From Thioalkalivibrio sp. (lineage in GTDB: Bacteria; Pseudomonadota; Gammaproteobacteria; Ectothiorhodospirales; Ectothiorhodospiraceae), in the NCBI GenBank assembly GCA_007692435.1, contig RECA01000088.1, positions 1-56,535 of the forward strand: a DNA stretch of 56,535 nucleotides. The letters run 5' to 3'. The notes beneath the pieces were generated by a model. The model did not search any database. It was not told the DNA's origin and saw nothing but the letters and a program-made list of their open reading frames with translations. A program made the position numbers and the translations under genes. Each line of letters opens with the position of its first letter. Position 1 is the first letter of the stretch. Of the stretch, positions 9,508-18,454 are shown piece by piece.

Positions 9508-11043
9508 TTAATGGCCGGTGCCCGCGCCGACACGGCGGAGCCAGTCCGCCAGCGGTTCGTCAGTGGGTGCGCGGTGGCGCAGCATGTCGATGATCTGGTC
9601 CTGCGGACCGAAGCGTGTTACGTCGATGGAATGCGCCCGGCTTGCGCGGCCGGAGCCCTTTCGCGGCGGCGTCGAGAGCGGCAGCGGGCTTTCCCACTTT
9701 CGGTCCAGCTCATGGGCATCCATGGCCCAGACCCGCTGGATTTCCGCCATCTCCTCGGTGGTCAGAACCTCGCGGGCAGGTGACGCCTTATCGGTGGCGC
9801 CGGCGGGCTCGCTTGAAGGAGCCGTCTCGGCGGGCGCGCTACTGGAAGGCGGCGACTGCTCGTTCGGCTGGAGGGGTGGGGCAGAGGGCTCGGCCGGAGT
9901 CACCCCCGACGTGGCGATCAGCTCGCGCAGGCGCGACAGCATGACCTCGTGCCCCGGCTCGCTCGCCAGCCGCTCCAGTGACCGCGCCAGATCGATCGCC
10001 GGCTCGCCACGCTGGTTCCAGTAGGTCTCGGCGACGGCATCGATCCAGGTCGCGATCCTGTCCGCCTCGGCGTCGCTGTGGAGTACCGCGGCGATGCGCC
10101 CGCGCAACCGCTCGAGGAGCGTGGCAAGGTCGATTTCCTCTACGGTGCTGGTCTCTGCCGGGAGTGCGGCCTTCGACGCGGCGCGGCCGGGTCGGGGGCG
10201 TGCCAGGAGCGAGCGCAGGCGCCGCATCCAGGCCTCGTTCGAACGGGAACGGGCGGGGAGCCGGGCAAACGCCCGGTCGAGGGCGTCGGAAAGCCGGAGA
10301 AAGGTGCGTGCCGAAGGATCGCTGTCGGGGAACAGCGCGACAGGGCGCTGCAGTGTCGCCGCGGCGCTGAGGCTCTCGTCGCGCGGGACAAAGCCGAGCA
10401 GCCGCAGGCTGGCGCCGCTCTGTGCCCCCGCGAGGCTGCTGAAGCGGTTGAAGACCTCCCAGGCCTCGTTCTGGTTGGCGACGCGGTTCACGAGCACCTG
10501 GTAGCTTCCCTTGCGCTCACTCTCGAGTTGCTGCACCAGTTCGCTGGTGTCGGCGAGACAGGCGGCATCGGGTGTGAGGACGAGCACGACCAGGTCCGCG
10601 GAGGCGATGAAGGCGGACGATGCCCCGCCCCGTGCGGCCGTGTCCAGCAGGAAGCAGTCGCACTGCTCGATCAGCGTGCTGATCTCGTCCCTGAGATAGC
10701 GCTCCTGCGCCGGGGTGAACGGGCCGTGCCGTGCGAGGGTTCCTGCCGCAGGCAGGATTCTGAGGCCATGCTGGCTTTCGAGCATGATCCCGGAGAGCGG
10801 ATACTGCTCGACCAGCGCCTCTTCCAGCTTGTGTCTGGGTTGCAGCCCGAGCAGGAACAGCACGTTTCCGGGCCCCGAGTCGAAGTCCCAGATGCAGACA
10901 CGGCGGTCGGTCTTGGCGAGGGCCAGGCCGAGGTTTGCCACGACGCTCGACTTGCCAACTCCGTCCTTGCCGCTGACGAAAGCGACCACGGGCGGGGCGC
11001 CTCGTCCCGGGGGGATCTGACGTTCTTCGTATGCTGGGGCCAT
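9508..11043 (-). CDS. FlhG/FleN/MinD-like P-loop protein with degenerate motifs and long C-terminal extension
   Basis: VVAFVSGKDGVGKSSVVANLGLAL, WDFD, LLDTA, VLVLTPD, VLVNRV, LGFVPRD. Start at ATG 11043 (MAPAYEE). Confidence 0.85.
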   Translation of the reverse strand: MAPAYEERQIPPGRGAPPVVAFVSGKDGVGKSSVVANLGLALAKTDRRVCIWDFDSGPGNVLFLLGLQPRHKLEEALVEQYPLSGIMLESQHGLRILPAAGTLARHGPFTPAQERYLRDEISTLIEQCDCFLLDTAARGGASSAFIASADLVVLVLTPDAACLADTSELVQQLESERKGSYQVLVNRVANQNEAWEVFNRFSSLAGAQSGASLRLLGFVPRDESLSAAATLQRPVALFPDSDPSARTFLRLSDALDRAFARLPARSRSNEAWMRRLRSLLARPRPGRAASKAALPAETSTVEEIDLATLLERLRGRIAAVLHSDAEADRIATWIDAVAETYWNQRGEPAIDLARSLERLASEPGHEVMLSRLRELIATSGVTPAEPSAPPLQPNEQSPPSSSAPAETAPSSEPAGATDKASPAREVLTTEEMAEIQRVWAMDAHELDRKWESPLPLSTPPRKGSGRASRAHSIDVTRFGPQDQIIDMLRHRAPTDEPLADWLRRVGAGTGH

Positions 11044-11370
11044 GGCGTTGCCCTGGGCCTGTTGATGTGGATCGTCCGCGCACCGCGGGAGGAAGGATCC
11101 GGAAGGTTCCATCTCCTCTCCATGAACGCTAGCAGATCGCCCCGGGTTTCTCCATATGGACCGAAGTACAGGGGGCCGGGCGGGTGCTGCTGGAACCCGA
11201 ACGGTGGCGGCGGCAGGACGGAGCCGGAGCTGCGCATCCTGCAACAGGGCCTCAATCCGGGCGCTTGCGTATATACTCCCCGCAACAGGCACGCGGGTCG
11301 ACGGCTCGTGGCGAACGCTGCACCGGATTCCGCGGAAATCCGGGCAAGCCGTACACGATCGGGGGGCGTG

Positions 11371-13437
11371 ATGGTTGCGCAACGAAGCTGCATGAATCCG
11401 GTGCCGGGTCTGCCCCAGGTCCTCGTGGCCATCCTGGACGGGCTAACGCGCACGGGGATGGCGGAGGCGGAGGTTGCGGGCTGGATCCAGCGGGATCCCG
11501 GGCTCGCACTGGAGGTGCTGTCCGCAGCCCGCGCCGAACCGGACGTGGCTCCCGGCGCCTGCCATACCCTCGAAGACGCCATTGCAGTGCTGGGATCGGA
11601 CGCGGCCCGCGCGCTGGTTCTCTCCTCCGCGTCGCGGCAGTTCTTCCAACAGCCCCCGGCGGCGGTGTTCGGGGCACTGCAGCGGGCGTGGCGGTACGCG
11701 ATGCTCGCCGCCGATCTCGCCCAGGTGCTCGCAACCCTCACACGCTACCGCGATCCGGAACAGGCTCGGATCTGCGGGCTGCTGCTTGGTGTCGGGCCCA
11801 TGGCTCTGGCCGCGCACCACCAGCCCGGGTACCTGGCGGTGCTGGACTCGCAGCCGGACCCACCCGGGCTGCTGGAGGCCGAGCGCAACCACTTCGGGAC
11901 GGATCGGGTCGCGCTCGGGGTCCGGGCCGCGCAGGCCTGGTGTCCGGGCGGCTTCGCAGTCGACGCGCTCCGGTATCAGTTCGCGCCGGTGGAAGAGGTT
12001 GGGGATGCCCATCACCTGGTGAAGATCGTGAATCTCGCCAGCCGACTCGCGGCGGACGGCGAGACCAGTGACAGTGGCATTCACGCCGCCGAAACGCTCC
12101 TCGGACTCGAGCAGGAACTGACGCGTACGCTGCGCCAGCGGGTGGCCGCCGATGTCGATCGGCTGCTCGGTACACTCGGGATCGCAGTCCCGGATGCCGA
12201 TCCCGCGGTGGCCGTGTCCGATGCCTATCGCGCGCTGGGTCAGCGTCTGGACCTTGCCGGGCGGTTGGCACAGTGCCGCTCGGAACTGCTCGAGGCCAGG
12301 GGGGCGGCGGCGATCCGGGCCGCGGTTCGCGCCGGGGTCAGGAACCTGCTCGGGATCGAGGGAAGCCTGCTCTTTACCGCAGACAGTGACGGCACCCATC
12401 TGAGCGCCTGGCTCGACGACGACGATGCGCCGACCTTCGTGCTGAGCGTCGCGCCGGGTCGCAGCCTGATTGCGGACGCACTGCTCGACGGCGTTGCCCG
12501 GGAAGGGACGGGGACGTCCGTGGTCGAACGGCAACTGGCCGGGGTGCTGGGGGCGGATCGGCTCTGGTGCCTTCCGCTGGTGCATGATGCGGTGAGGTTC
12601 GGCGTACTGGTCCTCGGCGTGGACCCGGATGATGCCGACGGTCGGGACGAGCGGGAGGCAGTGGCCGGGGCCCTGGCCGGCGTGATGGCCGCGGCGTTGT
12701 CGGCCCGCTCCACGGATGCAGCGGCGGACGGATCCGAGGGTGGAGCCGGATCCGGGGAGCGGGATCGTCTTCGGGTCGAGATATCGACGCCACTGACCGT
12801 GATCCACAATGACCTGGAGATGCTGCGGTCCCGGATCGGCACCGACGACGCCGCACGGGGCAGTCTGGAGCGGATCCGGTATGAGACCGAACGCATCCAG
12901 GAGGTCCTCGCAGGCCCGGGGGTCAAGAAGCCGGCCCCACCCGCCGATACACCGCTCAATGAGCCGTTGCAGGAGGTCGTGTCCGCGCTTGAAGCGAGCC
13001 TGCTCGCCCCGGCCGGCATTGATCTCACGCTCGATCTCGATCGTCGTGAACCGCGCGTGTCGGTTGCGGCCGGCGACATCCAGGCGCTGCTGCGCCATCT
13101 GCTGCGGCACGGCGCCGAGACGCTGGAACAGGGATCCGAGGTCCTCGTCGCAACCCGGGGAGGGGTGAGCGTGAACGGACAGGAGCATGTACAGTTGGAG
13201 GTGCGGGACGACGGGCCGGGGCTGCCCGACGCAACCAGCGCCTGGCTGTCCGGGTCGGGGTCCGGGGGTCGGGAGGCCGCGCAGGCGGAGGAGGCGCTGG
13301 CTCGGGTCAGAGAGCTGTCGGATGCGATGGGGGTTACCATGATCTGTACCAGTGACCGAGCGGGCACCCGGTTTCAATTCCTTTTCCCCGGGAGACCGCC
13401 CGAAGATGCGCTGGAGAAGCGGTGGGGGAGCGCATGA
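11371..13437 (+). CDS. HDOD + GAF-like + histidine-kinase-like (HisKA/HATPase) protein, apparently catalytically degenerate
   Basis: HDOD-like PGLPQVL...IQRDPGLALEVL...AIAVLG; GAF-like CLPLVHDAVRFGVLVLG; H-box-like VEISTPLTVI; G1 box VRDDGPGLP. Start uncertain (11368, 11371 or 11392). Confidence 0.8.
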   Translation: MVAQRSCMNPVPGLPQVLVAILDGLTRTGMAEAEVAGWIQRDPGLALEVLSAARAEPDVAPGACHTLEDAIAVLGSDAARALVLSSASRQFFQQPPAAVFGALQRAWRYAMLAADLAQVLATLTRYRDPEQARICGLLLGVGPMALAAHHQPGYLAVLDSQPDPPGLLEAERNHFGTDRVALGVRAAQAWCPGGFAVDALRYQFAPVEEVGDAHHLVKIVNLASRLAADGETSDSGIHAAETLLGLEQELTRTLRQRVAADVDRLLGTLGIAVPDADPAVAVSDAYRALGQRLDLAGRLAQCRSELLEARGAAAIRAAVRAGVRNLLGIEGSLLFTADSDGTHLSAWLDDDDAPTFVLSVAPGRSLIADALLDGVAREGTGTSVVERQLAGVLGADRLWCLPLVHDAVRFGVLVLGVDPDDADGRDEREAVAGALAGVMAAALSARSTDAAADGSEGGAGSGERDRLRVEISTPLTVIHNDLEMLRSRIGTDDAARGSLERIRYETERIQEVLAGPGVKKPAPPADTPLNEPLQEVVSALEASLLAPAGIDLTLDLDRREPRVSVAAGDIQALLRHLLRHGAETLEQGSEVLVATRGGVSVNGQEHVQLEVRDDGPGLPDATSAWLSGSGSGGREAAQAEEALARVRELSDAMGVTMICTSDRAGTRFQFLFPGRPPEDALEKRWGSA

Positions 13438-15584
13438 TCGGTTTCGACGACGAAGGCGAACCGCGCGCTGAGGTCCGCATTCTGCTGTCGGACGATGATC
13501 CACGCATGCTGGAGAGCCTGCGCGGCCTGTTGAGCATGCACAAATACCAGGTGGACACCGCGGCGGGTGGCCGGCAGGCACTGGAAAAGCTCAAACGGGA
13601 GCACTACGACGTGCTGCTCCTCGATCTCGCGATGCCGGATGTAGACGGCCACGAGGTCATGCGCGTGATGAACGAGCGCAAGATGCCGGTCCTGACCATC
13701 GTGGTCAGTGGCAACGCATCGCTCGATGGTATCGCCACCGCGCTGCGGGCGGGCGCCTACGACTATCTGAAGAAGCCCTATGTCCCGGAGGAACTGCTGG
13801 CGACGGTGAACAACGCCGTGCGCAAGAAGCGGCTGGAGGAGAGCCACAAGGTGATCCAGGTCCGCCTGAACCGCTCGGAGCGCCTGCATCGCCTGATCGT
13901 GAACCACTCGCCGGACATCGTGTACATCCTCGATGACCACGGGCGTTTCAGTTTCCTGAACGCGACGGTGGGCAAGCTCCTCGGCTACACCCCGGACGAA
14001 CTGCTCGGTGTCTCCCTGCTCGATGTGATGGAGGAGGATGAGCAGGAAAAGGGGCGTTACTTTCTGGAGCAGGCCAGGCATCCCTACGACGAGGTGCGCT
14101 CTCTCGAAGTGGCCCTGCGGCCGAAGTTCCCGGGACGCTCGCGCAGGCACTTCGAGCTGGTGATCTGGCCAATGCTGGACGACGAGAACCCCTCCCACGA
14201 CGGTGGCCGCTACCACACCTACGGGACCGCGCGCGACATCACCGAGCGCATGGAGGCCGAGGAGTTCATCAGCTTTCAGGCCTATCACGACCTGCTGACC
14301 CGCCTCCCCAACCGCGCGCTGTTCAAGGACCGCCTGAGTATCGCGCTGACCCAGGCAGCACGGGAGGGCCACCAGCTCGCGGTGATGTTCATCGACCTCG
14401 ACCGGTTCAAGGTGATCAACGACTCCCTCGGGCACACCGTCGGAGACCGTCTGCTGCAGGCCGTCAGCGAGCGCCTGCAGAACTGCGTGCGCAAGGGCGA
14501 CACGCTCTCCCGCTTCGGCGGCGACGAGTTCACGCTGCTCCTTCCAGAGGTTCGCGACTGGGAATCCGCGGCCCAGGTGGCGGACAAGATCCTGGCCAGC
14601 ATCCGCGCACCGTTCAAGCTGGATGGCCACGAGATCTTTGTCGGATCCAGCATCGGCATCGCGATGTTTCCCTCGGCCGGCACCAGCATGGACGCACTCA
14701 TCAAGAACGCCGATATCGCCATGTACCGCGTGAAGAACACCGGCCGGGACGGATTTCAGCTCTACACCCCGGACATGGCGGGCGCCACCCAGCGCCTGCA
14801 ACTGGAGCAGGAGATGCACCGCGGTCTGGCCCGCGACGAGTTCTTCGTCGTGTACCAGGCACAGGTCCACGCCGAACGCGGTGAGCTGCTGGGGGTCGAG
14901 GCGCTGGTGCGCTGGAGACACCCGAAGCTCGGCTGTCTGGAGCCGGCGGAGTTCATCTCCATCGCCGAGGAGAGCCGCCTGATCGTCGAACTCGACCGCA
15001 ACACGCTGCAGCGGGCGGCCCGGGAACTCACCCAGCACCGTCGGCGCTTCGGCAACGAGCTCCGGCTATCGGTCAACGTCTCCCCGGTGATGGTCTCCCG
15101 AGAGGACTTTGTCGAGAGCGTGCTCGAGACGCTGCGGCAGGAAGACTTCCCGCCGCGGCTCCTGGAAATCGAGATCACGGAAAATCTGCTGCTGAACGAC
15201 CGCCAGGACGTGATCGAAAAGCTGCATCAGCTGAGCGACGCCGGCGTGCATATCGCGATCGACGACTTCGGCACCGGCTACTCCTCGCTGAGTTACCTGC
15301 AGAAACTGCCGATCCATACCCTGAAGATCGATCGCAGCTTCACGCGGCACATCAGGAGCTGCGATGAAGGTGCTTGCCTGGTGAACGCCATCGTTGCCAT
15401 GGCGCAGGGCCTGCAAATGGAGATTGTGGTCGAGGGGGTAGAGACCGAAGTGCAGCTGCAATACCTGAAGTCCCTCGGATGCACGGTGGTCCAGGGTTTT
15501 CTGTACGGAGAACCCGATGCGCTGGACGTCGTCTGGAACCAGGCGATGAGCCGGAGCCAGGGAGCCAGTGCCTCCGGCCTGTGA
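13434..15584 (+). CDS. REC-PAS-GGDEF-EAL c-di-GMP cyclase/phosphodiesterase response regulator
   Basis: REC (SDDD, LLDLAMP, KP), PAS, RKGD I-site plus RFGGDEF, VEALVRW, DDFGTGYSS, EGVET. ATGA overlap with the upstream gene. Confidence 0.95.
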   Translation: MIGFDDEGEPRAEVRILLSDDDPRMLESLRGLLSMHKYQVDTAAGGRQALEKLKREHYDVLLLDLAMPDVDGHEVMRVMNERKMPVLTIVVSGNASLDGIATALRAGAYDYLKKPYVPEELLATVNNAVRKKRLEESHKVIQVRLNRSERLHRLIVNHSPDIVYILDDHGRFSFLNATVGKLLGYTPDELLGVSLLDVMEEDEQEKGRYFLEQARHPYDEVRSLEVALRPKFPGRSRRHFELVIWPMLDDENPSHDGGRYHTYGTARDITERMEAEEFISFQAYHDLLTRLPNRALFKDRLSIALTQAAREGHQLAVMFIDLDRFKVINDSLGHTVGDRLLQAVSERLQNCVRKGDTLSRFGGDEFTLLLPEVRDWESAAQVADKILASIRAPFKLDGHEIFVGSSIGIAMFPSAGTSMDALIKNADIAMYRVKNTGRDGFQLYTPDMAGATQRLQLEQEMHRGLARDEFFVVYQAQVHAERGELLGVEALVRWRHPKLGCLEPAEFISIAEESRLIVELDRNTLQRAARELTQHRRRFGNELRLSVNVSPVMVSREDFVESVLETLRQEDFPPRLLEIEITENLLLNDRQDVIEKLHQLSDAGVHIAIDDFGTGYSSLSYLQKLPIHTLKIDRSFTRHIRSCDEGACLVNAIVAMAQGLQMEIVVEGVETEVQLQYLKSLGCTVVQGFLYGEPDALDVVWNQAMSRSQGASASGL

Positions 15585-15631
15585 AGCCGTCGCGGGTTCT
15601 GCCCGGGCCGGGAATCCGCTAGCATCTCGCA

Positions 15632-16600
15632 ATGGCAAAGCCGTCCGGTCCCACCGTCCTGAACGTTCCCGCCGTCGCGGAGGGTCAGCGGCTGGACAAC
15701 TTTCTGCTGCGGCAACTGAAGGGCGTGCCCCGCAGCCTGGTCTATCGGCTGGTACGCAAGGGCGCCATCCGCGTGAACGGGCGCCGGGTCCGGGTGGAGC
15801 GTCGGGTCTCCGGTGGGGACGAGGTCCGGGTTCCCGCGCTGGACCGGCCCGGCGATGCCGATGCCGGGGCGGTGACCCGCGTCCCGGATGGCGTACTGCG
15901 CAGTCTGCGGGCGGCGATCATCCACGAGGACGACGACTACCTGGTGCTGGACAAGCCCGCGGGTCTGGCCGTGCACGGCGGCAGCGGGCTGTCCTTCGGC
16001 ATCATCGAGGCCGCCCGTCTCCTGCGGCCGGCGGCGCAACTGGAACTGGGCCACCGGCTGGACCGGGAGACCAGCGGCTGTCTGGTGCTCACGAAGAGCC
16101 GGCGCGGACTGCAGGCCTTCCACGAGGCCCTGCGCGGCGGGCATATCGCCAAGCGCTATCTCGCGCTGGTGGCCGGGGACTGGAAGGGTCCGCCGCGGCC
16201 CTGTGACCTGCCAATCGCTCAGGAACGGGACGGCACGGGGCGCAAGCGCATGCGAGCGGTGGAACCGTCGGGCGCCGACGCCGCTCGATCCGCCAGCAGC
16301 CTCTTCACACCGGTGGAGTCGTTCGGCCGGTTCACGCTGATGGAGGTCGACATCGGTACCGGCCGAACGCACCAGATCCGGGTCCATGGGCGCGCACTGG
16401 GGCACCCGGTCGCAGGCGATTACGACTACGGGGACCCGGAGGCGAACCGGACCGCCCGGGCCGCGGGCCTGCAGCGCATGTTCCTGCACGCGCAGGCGAT
16501 CCGCTTTCCCGACTGGCGCGGGGAGGAACTGCTGTTCTCCGCGCCCCTGCCGGAGGATCTGCAACGCGTGCTGCAGGCCCTTGCGGAGGCCACACAATGA
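15632..16600 (+). CDS. rluC: 23S rRNA pseudouridine(955/2504/2580) synthase RluC
   Basis: S4 domain GQRLDNFL, KPAGLAVHGGSG, HRLDRETSG, GRTHQIRVH; typical rne/HAD/sppA neighbourhood. Confidence 0.93.
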   Translation: MAKPSGPTVLNVPAVAEGQRLDNFLLRQLKGVPRSLVYRLVRKGAIRVNGRRVRVERRVSGGDEVRVPALDRPGDADAGAVTRVPDGVLRSLRAAIIHEDDDYLVLDKPAGLAVHGGSGLSFGIIEAARLLRPAAQLELGHRLDRETSGCLVLTKSRRGLQAFHEALRGGHIAKRYLALVAGDWKGPPRPCDLPIAQERDGTGRKRMRAVEPSGADAARSASSLFTPVESFGRFTLMEVDIGTGRTHQIRVHGRALGHPVAGDYDYGDPEANRTARAAGLQRMFLHAQAIRFPDWRGEELLFSAPLPEDLQRVLQALAEATQ

Positions 16601-17280
16601 TCCCGCGCACAGGGCCGGATGCGCTGGCGCTTGTCGCCTTCGACTGGGACGGGACGCTGATCGACTCGATCGCGCGCATCGTACGCTGCCTGCACCTGGC
16701 GATCGACGAAATCGGCGCCGAGCCCCGAAACGATGCACAGCTCCGGGACATCATCGGGCTCGGCGTGCGCCAGGCCACGGAGGAGCTCTACCCCGGCGCT
16801 GACGAGGTCTTCATGCGGGATCTCACCCGCGCCTACCGCGACTATTACCTGGAACGGGACACCACGCCGACGCCGCTGTATCCCGATGCCGAGGCCACGC
16901 TGCGCACCCTCGCCGAGCGCGGTTTTCTGCTGGCCGTGGCTACGGGGAAGTCGCGCCGCGGCCTGGACGAGGCACTGGAGGTTAGCGGGCTCGGCGGGTA
17001 CTTTGACGCCACGGTCACCGCCGACGAACATCCGTCGAAGCCGCATCCGGGCATGCTCGCCCACCTGCTCGAACGGCTGGGAGTCGATCGCCGGGACGCG
17101 GTGATGGTCGGTGACAGCGCCTACGATCTCCTGATGGCCCGCAGCCTCAGGGTGCTGGGGGTGGGGGTCACCCAGGGGGCGCACGACGTGCATCGCCTTC
17201 GTCGTGCCGGAGCTGCGGCCCTTATTGACGCGCTCTCCGAGCTGCCGCCCCTGCTCGAGCCGGAGCGCCGCGCCACCTGA
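16597..17280 (+). CDS. HAD-IA family hydrolase (phosphoglycolate phosphatase-like)
   Basis: Motifs FDWDGTL, ATGKS, SKPHP, MVGDSAYD. Confidence 0.92.
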   Translation: MIPRTGPDALALVAFDWDGTLIDSIARIVRCLHLAIDEIGAEPRNDAQLRDIIGLGVRQATEELYPGADEVFMRDLTRAYRDYYLERDTTPTPLYPDAEATLRTLAERGFLLAVATGKSRRGLDEALEVSGLGGYFDATVTADEHPSKPHPGMLAHLLERLGVDRRDAVMVGDSAYDLLMARSLRVLGVGVTQGAHDVHRLRRAGAAALIDALSELPPLLEPERRAT

Positions 17281-17307
17281 ATTTCGAACGCGCACCGTGG
17301 TCCCTTG

Positions 17308-17334
17308 GGATGTCCGGCGGCAACCCGGACATCC
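17308..17334 (+). other. Intergenic hairpin with GCAA-containing loop
   Basis: GGATGTCCGG-cggcaac-CCGGACATCC, a 10-bp perfect stem with no U-tract. Confidence 0.6.
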
Positions 17335-17385
17335 GTCCGTGCCCCGGCACGTCGCGCATTTCAGCAACCTGATCAGGAAGGATGC

Positions 17386-18354
17386 ATGGCGAATACACAA
17401 TTGGAAGAAAAATCGAACTGGGAACGGGAGACACTCGAAAAGCTGCTGCTCGCGCAGGTGACGGAGCAGCGCCGGGCGCGACGCTGGGGCATATTCCTGA
17501 AGCTGCTGGTGCTCGTCTACCTGTTTGCCCTGCTGTTGCTCGTGCGGGGCGGAGACCTGGGTCTCGCCGATCTCTTCGACCGTGACAAGGAGCCGCAGGA
17601 ACACGTGGCCGTGATCGACATCGAGGGGCTGATCGCCAGCGCCGCAACGGTGAACGCCGAGGATATCAACAAGACGCTGCGCGAGGCCTTCGAGGACGAC
17701 GAGACCGCCGCGGTGTTGCTGCGGATCAACAGTGGCGGCGGCAGCCCGGTACAGGCCGGTTTGATCCACGACGAGATCCTCCGCCTGCGGGAGAAGCACG
17801 AAGACATTCCCGTTTACGCGGTGATCGCCGACGCCGGCGCATCGGGCGCCTACTACATCGCGGTGGCGGCCGACGAGATCTACGCCGACAGGGGCAGCAT
17901 CGTCGGCTCGATCGGTGTCCGCCTCGACAGCTTCGGGGTCGTCGATCTGTTGGAGCGCTGGGGCATCGAGCGGCGTCTCTTTACCGCGGGCGAGAAGAAG
18001 GGCCTCCTGGATCCCTTCCTGCCATTGCAGGATGAGGAGGTGACGCACATTGAGACCGTGATCGGACAGATCCACGACCAGTTCATCAGTGTCGTGCGCG
18101 AGGGGCGTGGTGATCGCCTGGCGGAGCAGGAGGACATCTTCAGCGGGCTGATCTGGACCGGGGTGGATGCGCTGGACCTGGGGCTCATCGACGGGCTTGG
18201 CGACGACCGCTTCGTGGCCCACGACGTCATCGGCATCGACCGGATGGTTGTCTTCAAGCCCCGGCGCACCGCGCTGCAGTTGCTGCTGGAAGACCTCGGG
18301 GTCGCGATCGGCAATCGCATCCTGAACTGGCAGAACATTCCGCAGTGGCGTTGA
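17386..18354 (+). CDS. sppA: S49 family signal peptide peptidase (short SppA type)
   Basis: N-terminal TM segment; INSGGGSP, ASGAYYIA, GSIGV and KKG Ser-Lys dyad motifs. Confidence 0.9.
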   Translation: MANTQLEEKSNWERETLEKLLLAQVTEQRRARRWGIFLKLLVLVYLFALLLLVRGGDLGLADLFDRDKEPQEHVAVIDIEGLIASAATVNAEDINKTLREAFEDDETAAVLLRINSGGGSPVQAGLIHDEILRLREKHEDIPVYAVIADAGASGAYYIAVAADEIYADRGSIVGSIGVRLDSFGVVDLLERWGIERRLFTAGEKKGLLDPFLPLQDEEVTHIETVIGQIHDQFISVVREGRGDRLAEQEDIFSGLIWTGVDALDLGLIDGLGDDRFVAHDVIGIDRMVVFKPRRTALQLLLEDLGVAIGNRILNWQNIPQWR

Positions 18355-18364
18355 GGGGTGCGCT

Positions 18365-18394
18365 GTAGGGTGGGCCAAGCGCAGCGGGCCCACC
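18365..18394 (+). repeat. GTAG-family REP-like palindrome
   Basis: GTAG followed by GGTGGGCC-aagcgcagcg-GGCCCACC, between convergent genes. Confidence 0.6.
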
Positions 18395-18454
18395 AGCGCG
18401 ACCCGCGCGCCGGAGCGGCCTCATGCAAGGGTCGGAAACCGAGGACGTCGGCTG

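Noticed and set aside
10078-11370. N-terminal 430 aa of the 1119-aa ORF 10078..13437
   Set aside because: Antisense to the MinD-like gene. The recognisable HDOD sequence starts only at about 11371-11392.
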